DNA of 45,274 nucleotides from the NCBI GenBank assembly GCA_038247415.1, contig JBBRUX010000033.1, positions 1 through 45,274 of the forward strand. The letters run 5' to 3'. Below the pieces are notes generated by a model, which was given only the letters and a program-made list of their open reading frames with translations, had not been told where the DNA came from and made no database searches. The DNA comes from Chitinivibrionales bacterium (lineage in GTDB: Bacteria > Fibrobacterota > Chitinivibrionia > Chitinivibrionales > WJKA01). Shown here piece by piece: positions 18,497 to 28,283 of the stretch; positions within the stretch are counted from its first letter, which is position 1, and each line of letters starts with the position of its first letter. Position numbers and translations under genes: made by a program.

Positions 18497-19774
18497 ATGT
18501 TAAATTATGCTGCAACGATTCGTGATCATCTCTTCTCCCTTACAACGCGGGGCATAAAGCTAGGGCTCGATTCCATGCATAAAGCATGCGAATCCTTTGG
18601 AAACCCCCAGAATGCATACCCATGTTTCCATGTTGCAGGAACTAATGGTAAAGGGTCTGTATGCGCATATCTAGAGTCATCGCTGAGATCTGTGGGGCAT
18701 ACAACTGGCCTCTTTACATCTCCGCATATAATCGATTTTGAGGAGCGATTCTGTATCAATGGAATACCAATAGCACCAAGCGACTGGGTAGAAGTTTATA
18801 AGGATGTTGTATCGGTTATAGACAAATACGAATTGACCTTTTTTGAAGCGACAACCCTGTTGGCGTTTGAATTGTTCAAAAGGAAAAAGGTCTCGTATGC
18901 AGTTTTTGAGACAGGCATGGGTGGGCGACTGGATGCGACAAATCTTGTTGTTCCGGTTGTGAGTGTTATTACTACCATAGATCTGGATCATTGCGAATAT
19001 TTAGGCCCCGATAGAGTATCAATTGCGGGAGAAAAATTAGGTATTGTCAAAAAAGATGTCCCGCTTGTCATGATTGATCCAGAAGATGAGGAAATTTCTA
19101 CAGTGGCTGTGTCGGTGTGCGCTGCAGTGGGTAGTACCTGTGAATTTGTAAGGAATGAGACTGTACCTCAAACGGAAGCCTTTGGCTCGATACCTATTGG
19201 AAAGCATGTAGTTACATTACCGCTTGCAGGTTCATTTCAGCGTACCAATGCAATGCTTGCGTTGCGCGCCCTTCAGATTGCAGGGATTACTCACGAGCGT
19301 TCGTTGGTGCAAGGAATCTCTCATGCATACGTGCCGGGCCGTATTGACAAAAGGTTAATAGACGGCCGCGAGTGGATATTTGATGTAGGTCATAACCCGC
19401 AGGCTGCAGAGGTTTTTATAAAGGTTATTCAGGCGATGTATCCCGGAGTGAAACGCTATTTTATTGTTGGAATCATGCATGATAAAGATTTTAAAAAAAT
19501 GATACCTCTGTATGCGACTGCAGCTTCGGTTCTTATTCTTACTTCCCCAAAAACCTCGCGCGCTGCACCAGCGAGATCGTTGGCAGAGCAGCTGCCGTTG
19601 TCCGAATCGGTTTTTGTGCACGAAACACTTGCTGATGCAATTGCATTTACAAAAACACATGCGCCTGCTGGTGCATGCATATGTGTGTGTGGTTCGTTTT
19701 ATACTGTTGGTGAAGCTTTGATAACGCTTGGTGAAACTGCTTTTAAGCCTACGGGTTCGTTGCCTTCCGATTGA
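18497..19774 (+). CDS. folC: Bifunctional folylpolyglutamate synthase/dihydrofolate synthase
   Basis: HVAGTNGKGS, FTSPH, ETGMGGRLDATN, DVGHNP, CGSFY. Confidence 0.95.
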   Translation: MLNYAATIRDHLFSLTTRGIKLGLDSMHKACESFGNPQNAYPCFHVAGTNGKGSVCAYLESSLRSVGHTTGLFTSPHIIDFEERFCINGIPIAPSDWVEVYKDVVSVIDKYELTFFEATTLLAFELFKRKKVSYAVFETGMGGRLDATNLVVPVVSVITTIDLDHCEYLGPDRVSIAGEKLGIVKKDVPLVMIDPEDEEISTVAVSVCAAVGSTCEFVRNETVPQTEAFGSIPIGKHVVTLPLAGSFQRTNAMLALRALQIAGITHERSLVQGISHAYVPGRIDKRLIDGREWIFDVGHNPQAAEVFIKVIQAMYPGVKRYFIVGIMHDKDFKKMIPLYATAASVLILTSPKTSRAAPARSLAEQLPLSESVFVHETLADAIAFTKTHAPAGACICVCGSFYTVGEALITLGETAFKPTGSLPSD

Positions 19775-20637
19775 ACATCGAGATATCGGAGAAATCCTAA
19801 GCTTCGAGGAGTGTCGAGGGCTACGAGGGCTTTTCGAGCATTGATGATAACCATCTGGTTTTCCGAAAGTAAATAAAATCCGGCAAGATTTTCAAGCTCT
19901 GGTCCTCTGATTTTAGTTTGGGTAATAACCCATAACGCAGTGGCTTTCATATAATGATCTGTGGATTTAAGCATTGACGAAAGGTCTGTTTCGATTTCGT
20001 TATATCCTAATGTAAATAGAGCCTTGAGCACATTTCCGCGAATTCGATTATTGGAATCATTGCGGAATCGCAAGAGAATGGGGACGATTCGTTTATTCCC
20101 AATTCGTTCTAAGGCTTCGATGGTATTTGCCCGTACGCGCTTATCGGTGTCGTTTAAAAGGCTCAGTATCAGCTCTTTATCTTCAAATGATATGCAAGCA
20201 CCCAGAACAAGAACCGCAGTGGCTCTAATCTTTTCATCACGATCTTCTATAAGTCGTGCAAGCACGTCACGAACGCGCGGGTTCTTTTTAAGAAGCCCAA
20301 TAATTTGCACGGCCCGCAATCGTCTTTCGTCTATTTCCGAAAGAAGATCTTTTGAGAGTTCGTCGATGATAGTAGGGGAGAGCGTGCTTAAAAGCGTTCC
20401 TAATTTTTCGCGTACTGGAATGTCAAGACTTTGATAATTGGCAATGAGGTTTTCGCGGATGAGTGTGCAAGCAGCATCGATCCCTGCAGTTCTTATAGCT
20501 GCATTGGTATGTTTAATAAACGCAAGGACAGCCCCGAGATCTGAGATTGTGCCGTTTTTTCCAATGATGGTGATGGCAGCAAGTATTTCCGGCGTTGTGG
20601 ATGCGGATAAGTTTTTTCTAGCTAAATCAAGATTCAT
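19699..20637 (-). CDS. HEAT repeat protein
   Basis: Repeated D.D..VRA.A..AL motifs (DRDEKIRATAV, DTDKRVRANTIEAL, DSNNRIRGN). Start overlaps the uvrB stop (ATGA). Confidence 0.85.
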   Translation of the reverse strand: MNLDLARKNLSASTTPEILAAITIIGKNGTISDLGAVLAFIKHTNAAIRTAGIDAACTLIRENLIANYQSLDIPVREKLGTLLSTLSPTIIDELSKDLLSEIDERRLRAVQIIGLLKKNPRVRDVLARLIEDRDEKIRATAVLVLGACISFEDKELILSLLNDTDKRVRANTIEALERIGNKRIVPILLRFRNDSNNRIRGNVLKALFTLGYNEIETDLSSMLKSTDHYMKATALWVITQTKIRGPELENLAGFYLLSENQMVIINARKALVALDTPRSLGFLRYLDVQSEGNEPVGLKAVSPSVIKASPTV

Positions 20638-22649
20638 TGCTCTCCCCGCACGTGGCTAATGCGATCGCGAATACGAGCTGCTTTTTCAAATTCAAGTTTT
20701 GTAGATGCCTCATGCATTTCTTTTTCAAGATCTTCGATAGATTCATTCATACCGTCAAATTCTTCTTGACGTTTACGAGCCTTGATCTGGGCTTTGGTGC
20801 CATAGCTTCCCCTCAATTTTTCGGCAACGAGGGGCAAGTTTGCATCTGCTTCCTGATCATAGGTGACTAAACGTCCTTTGATTGATCCCTTGATTCCCTG
20901 TGGTATAATCCCATGCTCTTTGTTGTAGGCGAGCTGGATTGTGCGTCTTCTATTACATTCATCTACTGTTTTTTTAATCGAATTGGTTTCGGTATCGGCA
21001 TACAAAATAATTCTACCATTAATGTGGCGTGCCGCGCGACCAGAAATCTGAATGAGTGACCGGGCAGAACGGAGAAAGCCTTCTTTGTCGGCATCAAGGA
21101 TTGCAACGAGCGCAACCTCAGGTAAATCAAGCCCTTCCCGGAGTAAATTAATGCCAATGAGAACATCAAATTCGCCAGCGCGCAAATCATTGAGTATATC
21201 TGTTCGCTCAAGGGTTTCTATTTCAGAATGCAGATAGCGAACTTTAAAATTAAGCGATTGCAGGTAATCGGTAAGATCTTCGGACATTTTTTTTGTTAAT
21301 GTTATGACAAGTGCGCGATCACCTGTGGCTACAACTGTTCGCAGTCGCCCAATAAGATCATCTATTTGATTGGTAGCTGGCACAATCGTAAGAGGCGGGT
21401 CAACAAGCCCTGTTGGTCTGATGATTTGCTCAACAATAATGCCCTGTGATTTTTCCAGTTCATAATCTGACGGAGTAGCAGATACATATACCACCGAATC
21501 CAGCAATGAGGAAAATTCCGCAAAACGTAATGGCCTATTGTCAAGAGCACAGGGGATTCGAAATCCATGATTGACAAGTGTTTCTTTTCGAGCGCGGTCT
21601 CCGTTGAACATGCCGCCAATCTGAGGAATCGAGACATGAGATTCGTCGATAATCGTAAGGTAGGGCTGCTTAAAGAAATCGAGCAAGGCATGAGGGCGTG
21701 AGCCAGGTTCTCTTCCATCAAGAATTCTGGAATAGTTCTCGATCCCAGAAATAAAGCCAACTTCCCGGAGCATTTCTATATCATACAGCGTTCTCTGTTC
21801 CAGCCGTTGCGCTTCAACGAGCTTGCCTTGGCTGCGAAAGAGCTCAAGCTGCAACTGCAACTCCTTATGGATTTCTATAAAAGCATCTTCCAAAGCAACT
21901 CTGCTGGTTACAAAATGTTTTGCAGGGAAAAGCTGATAAGCGGGAAGCTCTTCAAGGATTTTTCCGTCGAGAGGATGAATACGGCATATCCGCTCGATGG
22001 TATCTCCATAGGTTTCAAGTCGTAATGCTGTTTCTTCGTAAGCGGGAAAAATGTCGATGCAATCACCCCGTACGCGAAATGTTCCGCGTGAGAAGGCAAT
22101 GTCATTGCGTTCGTAGCGCATGTCAATAAGTTGCTTTAAAAATTCCTTGCGGGGCTTATCGGTATTAAGTGCGATGTGCATGCTTGCATTGTTATAGGAG
22201 TCGGGGGAACCAATGTTGTATATGCAGGATACCGATGCAATTATGATGACGTCACTCCTTGACATAAGCGAGCTTGTGGCTTTCAGCCGCAACCGATCAA
22301 TGTCATCATTGATATCAGAGGTTTTTTCGATATACGTATCGGTCGAAGGTATATAGGCTTCTGGTTGATAATAATCATAGAAGGAGACAAAATATTCAAC
22401 CGCATTGTCGGGAAAAAATTCTTTGAATTCCTGAAAGAGCTGTGCTGCAAGAGTTTTATTATGCGAAATGACAAGAGTGGGAAGTTGAACTTGCTCTATA
22501 ACATTTGCCATGGTAAATGTTTTGCCCGATCCAGTAACCCCCAAAAGGGTTTGGTGCTTAATGTTGTTGCGGATTCCGTCAACAAGTTGCGCTATTGCAG
22601 TGGGTTGATCACCGGCTGGTGCATAGGGTGCTTTGAGCTTAAAGTGCAT
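20634..22649 (-). CDS. uvrB: Excinuclease ABC subunit B
   Basis: PAGDQP, LLGVTGSGKTFT, YDYYQPEAY, IDESH, SATP, NLLREGLDLPEV, GRAAR; C-terminal UVR motif LEFEKAARIRD. Start MHFKLK at 22649. Confidence 0.97.
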   Translation of the reverse strand: MHFKLKAPYAPAGDQPTAIAQLVDGIRNNIKHQTLLGVTGSGKTFTMANVIEQVQLPTLVISHNKTLAAQLFQEFKEFFPDNAVEYFVSFYDYYQPEAYIPSTDTYIEKTSDINDDIDRLRLKATSSLMSRSDVIIIASVSCIYNIGSPDSYNNASMHIALNTDKPRKEFLKQLIDMRYERNDIAFSRGTFRVRGDCIDIFPAYEETALRLETYGDTIERICRIHPLDGKILEELPAYQLFPAKHFVTSRVALEDAFIEIHKELQLQLELFRSQGKLVEAQRLEQRTLYDIEMLREVGFISGIENYSRILDGREPGSRPHALLDFFKQPYLTIIDESHVSIPQIGGMFNGDRARKETLVNHGFRIPCALDNRPLRFAEFSSLLDSVVYVSATPSDYELEKSQGIIVEQIIRPTGLVDPPLTIVPATNQIDDLIGRLRTVVATGDRALVITLTKKMSEDLTDYLQSLNFKVRYLHSEIETLERTDILNDLRAGEFDVLIGINLLREGLDLPEVALVAILDADKEGFLRSARSLIQISGRAARHINGRIILYADTETNSIKKTVDECNRRRTIQLAYNKEHGIIPQGIKGSIKGRLVTYDQEADANLPLVAEKLRGSYGTKAQIKARKRQEEFDGMNESIEDLEKEMHEASTKLEFEKAARIRDRISHVRGEQ

Positions 22650-22650
22650 A

Positions 22651-24003
22651 TTAAATCCGTTCGATTCCGAGCTGTCGTATTTTGCGATGAAGATTTGTTC
22701 GCTCAATTCCGAGTATCTCGGCTGTTGTACTTATGTTCCATTCGTTGCGGTTGAGTTGCGTCTCAACATACATTCTTTCAAGTGCTTCTTTGGCTGCCGA
22801 CAGGTCCATGGGACGGTTAAAAATCGAGGTATCAGATTGTTCTTTTGTTACCGTTGCAGATTGTAGTTGATCTGCGGTAATTTCGAGGGCTGTCGCCATA
22901 ATTGCAAGTCGCTCCACGATATTTCGGAGTTGACGAATATTTCCAGGAAATTTCTGGCGCATCAGGATATCTAATGCCGATTGCGTAAACTTTGGAACCG
23001 TTCCCCCAGTTTCAAGTCCATAGAGCGTTAAGAAGTGTGCAGCCAGAAGCGGGATATCTTCTGCTCTTTGTTCTAGTGAGGGAACAGCAATTGGAACCAC
23101 ATTAAGCCTATAGTATAAATCCTCACGAAATCTTTGCTGGGCTATCATGGCTTCTAAATTCTGATGCGTAGCAGCTATGATGCGTACGTCAACGCGAATA
23201 GTCCGACTGCCCCCAACGCGCTCAAATTCGCCTTCTTGTATTACACGCAAAACCCGGGTTTGAGTTTGCATATCCATGTCGCCAATTTCATCCAGAAAAA
23301 GAGTGCCATTATGCGCTCGCTCGAATGTTCCTTTACGGGTTGCAATTGCTCCGGTAAAAGCTCCTTTTTCATGACCAAAAAGTTCGCTTTCGATAAGATT
23401 TTGTGGAATTGCTGCACAATTAATTTTAACAAAAGGTGCTTTTGATCTTTGGCTCTTGCGATGAATTGCATAGGCAACTAATTCTTTTCCTGTCCCGCTT
23501 TGCCCGCTTATCAGGACTCTTCCTTGTGAAGGAGCAACCTTTTCTATGGTAGCAAGAAGTTTTTTAGTCTCGAGGCAATTCCCAATGATTTTATATTTTT
23601 CATCCAGATCGGTGCGAAGTGATTTGAGTTCGTCGCGCTGTTGCTTGGCCTCTGCTGCATGTCGAACAGTCTGCTTAACTTCTATCATGGATAATGGTTT
23701 TTGCAGAAAATGAAATGCCCCTGCTTTAATAGCTTTAACTGCAGCTTCTATTGTGCCATGTCCCGAGATCATGACGACTTCGCAGTCTGTTTTGCTCAGT
23801 TTTATATCGTCAAGGAGCTCTAATCCGTCTTTGCCAGGCATTTGGATATCAAGGAGTATAACATCGGGACCTTCGCGTTCAAATGCTGCAAAACCAGACG
23901 ACGCATCATCAGCTTCAATTACTTCATGACCTTCATCTGTTAATATTTCGCCCAGCGTTTTACGGATATTGTTCTCGTCGTCAATTATTAAAATTCGCGC
24001 CAT
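22651..24003 (-). CDS. Sigma-54-dependent response regulator (NtrX/NtrC family)
   Basis: Receiver IIDDE..LLDIQMP; GQSGTGKE, ESELFGHEKGAFTGA, FLDEIG, FREDLYYRLNV; Fis-type HTH. Confidence 0.93.
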   Translation of the reverse strand: MARILIIDDENNIRKTLGEILTDEGHEVIEADDASSGFAAFEREGPDVILLDIQMPGKDGLELLDDIKLSKTDCEVVMISGHGTIEAAVKAIKAGAFHFLQKPLSMIEVKQTVRHAAEAKQQRDELKSLRTDLDEKYKIIGNCLETKKLLATIEKVAPSQGRVLISGQSGTGKELVAYAIHRKSQRSKAPFVKINCAAIPQNLIESELFGHEKGAFTGAIATRKGTFERAHNGTLFLDEIGDMDMQTQTRVLRVIQEGEFERVGGSRTIRVDVRIIAATHQNLEAMIAQQRFREDLYYRLNVVPIAVPSLEQRAEDIPLLAAHFLTLYGLETGGTVPKFTQSALDILMRQKFPGNIRQLRNIVERLAIMATALEITADQLQSATVTKEQSDTSIFNRPMDLSAAKEALERMYVETQLNRNEWNISTTAEILGIERTNLHRKIRQLGIERI

Positions 24004-24005
24004 AT

Positions 24006-25229
24006 TCAGGCCTTTATGGGAAAAGAGAGTGAAAAAGTAGTGCCAATAGTTGGGGTGCTTGCGCAGGAAATGCTACCTTCATGAAGGGATATAATCCGTT
24101 CGGTAAGGGCAAGGCCGATACCATTGCCATTTTTCTTGGTCGAAAAATAAGGCTGAAACAAGCGTGCCTGGTTTTCTAGGGTAATTCCCATGCCATTATC
24201 TGCTACCGAAATATGAATTGAAGTCTTGTCTGAGGAGACCGAAATGGAAACAAAACCATTCTCGCGTTTTGATTCTGCAATAGCTTCAAGACTATTCTTG
24301 ATTAAATTAGTAAGGGCTCCGCGCAATTGCGATGCATCGAAATTAAAATCGGGAACCGGCTCGATTACGGTAAGCGACGGCGAAGGCAATTCGCCTTTGA
24401 AAAGGTCAATCACTTCGGTAATCATGGGTATTATATTGTGCTGTTTTAAAACAGGGTCTGGAAATTTTGCATAGGTATGAAAGGAATCAACAAGTTTTTG
24501 AAGGTTTGCAATTTCACTGAGAATGGTTGTTGTGGTACTTTTGATAACCGCCGGAAAGTCTTTACTTTCAGAAATAAATTTTTCGTACATTCGTTCGGTA
24601 GAAAGTTTTATGGGAGTAAGCGGGTTTTTAATTTCATGTGCAATAATACGCGCTACCCGTTGCCAGGTTGCCCGTCTTTCGGCCATGATTTTTTCCTGTC
24701 GCGCTGTGGCAAGATTATCGGCCATGGTATTAAATGCATCAACAAGGGTTCCTATTTCATTCCCCTTTACTGGTGCAATCCGGTAGGTGAGTTTGTCGTG
24801 GGCAATCAGGCGAGCTGCAGCGGTTAGTTCCTTGAGTGGGCGCGTGATGCGTGAAATGAAAAGATATCCTGCGAGTATCACAACAAGGATAAGAATGGCT
24901 GCATAGGCAATGCTAAAGAGGACAACTTGACTAACAATAGTTTCTCGCAGAACTGTTCCTTGCCGATATTTTTTAAGGGCAAGAGTGGCTATGTTTTTTG
25001 CATCGGCAGAGACGGCGAGGGTTATCGAACTGTCCAGGGCATTGTCGATAGCGGTGTCGGTGCCTAAGGATGCTAAGCTTTTTGATGCAGTAATTGAATA
25101 CAGAGTCACTGGAATAATTGATACAAGTACCACGATAACTAACAGAAGAAATGTCTTAGTAGGCAGAGACATGTCTTGGGAATGTTTTGAAATGTGGTGG
25201 TTGATGTGATTCATACATTTCTTATTCAA
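24006..25229 (-). CDS. HAMP-domain sensor histidine kinase (NtrY-like, short periplasmic region)
   Basis: Two TM helices; HAMP (ITRPL..L..AA..EIG.L..AFN.M); AHEIKNPLTP; DNGMGI, FQPYFSTK, GIGL. Start codon uncertain. Confidence 0.9.
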   Translation of the reverse strand: MNKKCMNHINHHISKHSQDMSLPTKTFLLLVIVVLVSIIPVTLYSITASKSLASLGTDTAIDNALDSSITLAVSADAKNIATLALKKYRQGTVLRETIVSQVVLFSIAYAAILILVVILAGYLFISRITRPLKELTAAARLIAHDKLTYRIAPVKGNEIGTLVDAFNTMADNLATARQEKIMAERRATWQRVARIIAHEIKNPLTPIKLSTERMYEKFISESKDFPAVIKSTTTTILSEIANLQKLVDSFHTYAKFPDPVLKQHNIIPMITEVIDLFKGELPSPSLTVIEPVPDFNFDASQLRGALTNLIKNSLEAIAESKRENGFVSISVSSDKTSIHISVADNGMGITLENQARLFQPYFSTKKNGNGIGLALTERIISLHEGSISCASTPTIGTTFSLSFPIKA

Positions 25230-25265
25230 AAAAAAGTTTACGTTTAGATACCTGCGTTACAAAAA

Positions 25266-25844
25266 TTAAGGCTTTTGTGCGAGGGATGCGCCAGGAAATG
25301 CTTGTGTTCGCACAAAAGGTCTTTTATATCGCCAAAAAAACATGAGATCAATGATGTTGTTATTCATCGCTTCCATAGTTGCTTTTCCAAGAATTGCATA
25401 GATAGAAATATAATACGATCTTTGAGCGGAAATTTGATTGCGGTTAATCAATGGTATCTGAATAAAAGTACTCGCATGTCGCAGGGCGGTATCAATAACA
25501 GTCGTAGTATCTTCTCGTGTGGTATATGATTTTTGTAAAGTAAAAGAGCGAGAAGATAAATCAAAAAGTATACTATGTTTAACTATCACCCGAATGAGCA
25601 GAGAGTCGTTCTCTTTACATCGTAATTCGGCAAAGAGATTTATGGGTATCGTGGTTCCGCTTACGGAAAGTTTAGCGAGTTCGGATGAGAATGCGTGTTC
25701 TAGTTCACAGGAAAATGCAATCTGAGATGTTTTTGTGATAATCTCCACAGACGTAAATGTGGGCGTGCTTTTATCCGTGCTGACATATCCGCCAACAAAA
25801 ACAAGGCTTTTTACGGCAATAAGCAAACCAGCTAAAAAATCCAT
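25266..25844 (-). CDS. DUF4390-like exported protein
   Basis: Signal-like N-terminus; SG..I...F, I.FD.....F pattern. Position directly upstream of an NtrY/NtrX pair matches known DUF4390 context. Confidence 0.6.
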   Translation of the reverse strand: MDFLAGLLIAVKSLVFVGGYVSTDKSTPTFTSVEIITKTSQIAFSCELEHAFSSELAKLSVSGTTIPINLFAELRCKENDSLLIRVIVKHSILFDLSSRSFTLQKSYTTREDTTTVIDTALRHASTFIQIPLINRNQISAQRSYYISIYAILGKATMEAMNNNIIDLMFFWRYKRPFVRTQAFPGASLAQKP

Positions 25845-25903
25845 AATATGATATGCTTAGAGTTCTAAGCATGTTTTGGTTCAGTTGTTTATTAAGTCTT
25901 AAA

Positions 25904-25920
25904 TAGCAATTGGTGCGCCA
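25904..25920 (-). promoter_or_regulatory. Sigma-54 (-24/-12) promoter for the DUF4390-ntrY-ntrX-uvrB operon
   Basis: Minus strand TGGCGCACCAATTGCTA: GG-N10-GC with TTGC, 60 bp upstream of the start at 25844. Confidence 0.7.
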
Positions 25921-26016
25921 CAGTAACGTATGATCAAAATAGTATTATTAAAATGGCGAAAAGAAAATGATGATAAAAAGAAGCTTTCCTGCATCGTTTT
26001 CGCAAAAAACATGTGC

Positions 26017-26033
26017 TGGCATGAAAAATGCAT
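26017..26033 (+). promoter_or_regulatory. Sigma-54 (-24/-12) promoter for ORF 26098
   Basis: TGGCATGAAAAATGCAT: GG (26018-19)-N10-GC (26030-31). Confidence 0.65.
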
Positions 26034-26097
26034 TGTCAGCCACCTATATTTGGAATAAAATTATACTTTGCTTTAACCGCGAAAGGAACCAGGTTTT

Positions 26098-27048
26098 ATG
26101 CGATACACATCTTTAGGGTTTAAATTCTGGGCATCTAAGGTAGCTACAATAACGCTTAGTACATTGTTATGTGGTGGGGCGATATTCGCTGCTGATACAA
26201 CAATTATTGGGGAAGCTCTTGTTCCCGCTGCGCAACCACAGAAACAACACGTGCAAGATCACAAAGCCTTTGAAACAATGGCGCTCTATTCTGATGCTCC
26301 CGATATCGGGGTAAAATGGCGCGGAGGAATACGCAATAATTCTCTTTTGTATACAGAAATGTACTGGAATATAGGTGATATTGTAGTAATGGATATTATG
26401 CTATCCGGCGTTCGCCAATGGAATCTACCCGATAGCGCAACTGGCGATACAATTACTTTTCGAGATAATTTTGATGCGCTAACACTTAAATCGCGGCCGT
26501 GGGTAAAAGATATTGGATCGCAAAATCAATATAAGATTGCCGGGGGGCTCAAGCTTTATTCAATGAATTTTGAGTGGATGGCTAAACACCCACTCGATTC
26601 AAATAGCTATATACCATTAGTTCACGATGCTGGGATGAGCATCTTTGCGACGCAAAGTTTTAATCTTTATAACAATCACCTTTTTAATCTCTATTCGTCA
26701 ATGCAGTTTTCAGGCAGAACTGGGTCAGATAAAACCTGGACTTCCTTGTATCTTATTCCTTCATACCGATATTTTTTTGGAAAACGACACATTGCAAGCG
26801 CTGGGGTAGAATATTATCTGATGAATCCTCGAAGTATGCCATTTAAGATAATTCAGGCAATTGCCCGAGGAAATGCTACGAAATCCGATTTTTCATATCT
26901 CGATAATATTGATCAAGAATGGCTCTCTTTCATGTTTTATGGTATTACCTTGCAATGGAAGCATATCCGCGTTGATATAAACGTAGGAAATCATTATACT
27001 TTTACGCCACCATTTATTCCTATGATCGGTTTTGGGTATAATTTTTAA
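26098..27048 (+). CDS. Exported hypothetical protein, probable outer-membrane beta-barrel
   Basis: Signal peptide; aromatic-rich alternating strands; C-terminal IGFGYNF beta-signal-like end. Confidence 0.6.
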   Translation: MRYTSLGFKFWASKVATITLSTLLCGGAIFAADTTIIGEALVPAAQPQKQHVQDHKAFETMALYSDAPDIGVKWRGGIRNNSLLYTEMYWNIGDIVVMDIMLSGVRQWNLPDSATGDTITFRDNFDALTLKSRPWVKDIGSQNQYKIAGGLKLYSMNFEWMAKHPLDSNSYIPLVHDAGMSIFATQSFNLYNNHLFNLYSSMQFSGRTGSDKTWTSLYLIPSYRYFFGKRHIASAGVEYYLMNPRSMPFKIIQAIARGNATKSDFSYLDNIDQEWLSFMFYGITLQWKHIRVDINVGNHYTFTPPFIPMIGFGYNF

Positions 27049-27136
27049 TTGGTGAGATGAATGGAAAACCCATCACACTGTCTAGATTCTTTGAGAATAG
27101 GTTTAAAATCAAAAAAGATACAGTACGTGTCTGAAG

Positions 27137-27154
27137 CGTGTCATAATTGATACG
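27137..27154. promoter_or_regulatory. Imperfect palindrome; candidate enhancer (UAS) for a sigma-54 activator
   Basis: cGTGTCA-taat-TGATACg, about 70-90 bp upstream of the -24 element at 27226. Confidence 0.4.
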
Positions 27155-27224
27155 TTTTTAATGGGTCTTGTGTGATTGATGAAGATCTTGTCTGAAATTA
27201 GAGGGTTTTGATTGTTGTTTTTAT

Positions 27225-27241
27225 TGGCACAGAATTTGAAA
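27225..27241 (+). promoter_or_regulatory. Sigma-54-like promoter for ORF 27294 (variant -12)
   Basis: TGGCAC-AGAAT-TTGA: perfect -24 box, GG-N10-GA. Confidence 0.55.
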
Positions 27242-27293
27242 TAGTTACTAGGTGAAAACAGACAAGCATTCACCAAATTTATAAGGAGGCGGT

Positions 27294-28280
27294 ATGAAAG
27301 GGTTACTTAAGTCAGCTGGAGTCGCAGTTGTTTCGTGTGGCTTGATTGCAGGGTGCGGGCTCAATCCCTTTGGCGGTTCAATGGGGAGCATGAGTATTTT
27401 CGCAAAAGTTGGGAAAGCAGTGCAAAAGCCTTCTGCTATTAACGATCCACAAAATGATAAGCAAACAGCATCAGCTAAAGTTGGAGCAGCCATGGCAAAG
27501 TCGATGGCATCTGGAATGGCAAAATCTGCGGTAGCTGAACCCACATGGATACTTGGTCGCGGTATTACAAGTAACGGTGACGGTTGGTTTACTTATTGGG
27601 AAAGTGTTGTCAATCGCCCTTCTGATGATGATCCGCGTGATAAAACTTCCACCGGGCTGGGTGAAGTTGTTTTTAAATCGAATGTAGCGAGCCCAACATT
27701 GGATGTCCCTGGAACGGTGACAGATGTCAAATCATTTCATTTTATTGGCCACGAGACTAAAAAATGGAACCTAGAAGTTGACTCTCTAGATATACGTGTT
27801 ACTTTTAATCAAACGATTGTTGGCGATCTCAAGCCTGGTCTTAGTACCGTTTGGGGAAAAAATATCAGCGAAACTATCGCACAGGGTGCTGGCGATACTG
27901 CATTTTTCTCTGTAGATACACTTGTTGGCGATATTCAAAAAGGCGCGGGACATTTCTTTGATGCACATACCGGCACAGATAATAGCGGTGAATCATTCTC
28001 CTTTAATTTTGGTCTGACAATAGACCATAAAGGAACCTTTGGTAATTATAATGATAATACTGGAACTGTAAATTTTACGCTTCCGTGGAGCGGTGGTGAA
28101 GCCGATTCATTATATTTTGATATTAACTTTCTCACCGATTATGAACGCAACGGCAAAATCTATGAGAATGATGCACATGGAGTTTTGCGTGCCGAGTTTA
28201 CTCATAATGAAAAGAATGGCCATGGCACAACGAAGTATTATAACAAAAAAGGTGATTTAATCGATCAGGACACCTATTGA
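27294..28280 (+). CDS. Hypothetical lipoprotein (beta-strand rich)
   Basis: AAGGAGG SD; lipobox LIAGC; Ala/Ser/Lys linker followed by a Gly/Thr/Asp-rich strand region. Confidence 0.75.
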   Translation: MKGLLKSAGVAVVSCGLIAGCGLNPFGGSMGSMSIFAKVGKAVQKPSAINDPQNDKQTASAKVGAAMAKSMASGMAKSAVAEPTWILGRGITSNGDGWFTYWESVVNRPSDDDPRDKTSTGLGEVVFKSNVASPTLDVPGTVTDVKSFHFIGHETKKWNLEVDSLDIRVTFNQTIVGDLKPGLSTVWGKNISETIAQGAGDTAFFSVDTLVGDIQKGAGHFFDAHTGTDNSGESFSFNFGLTIDHKGTFGNYNDNTGTVNFTLPWSGGEADSLYFDINFLTDYERNGKIYENDAHGVLRAEFTHNEKNGHGTTKYYNKKGDLIDQDTY

Positions 28281-28283
28281 TTT

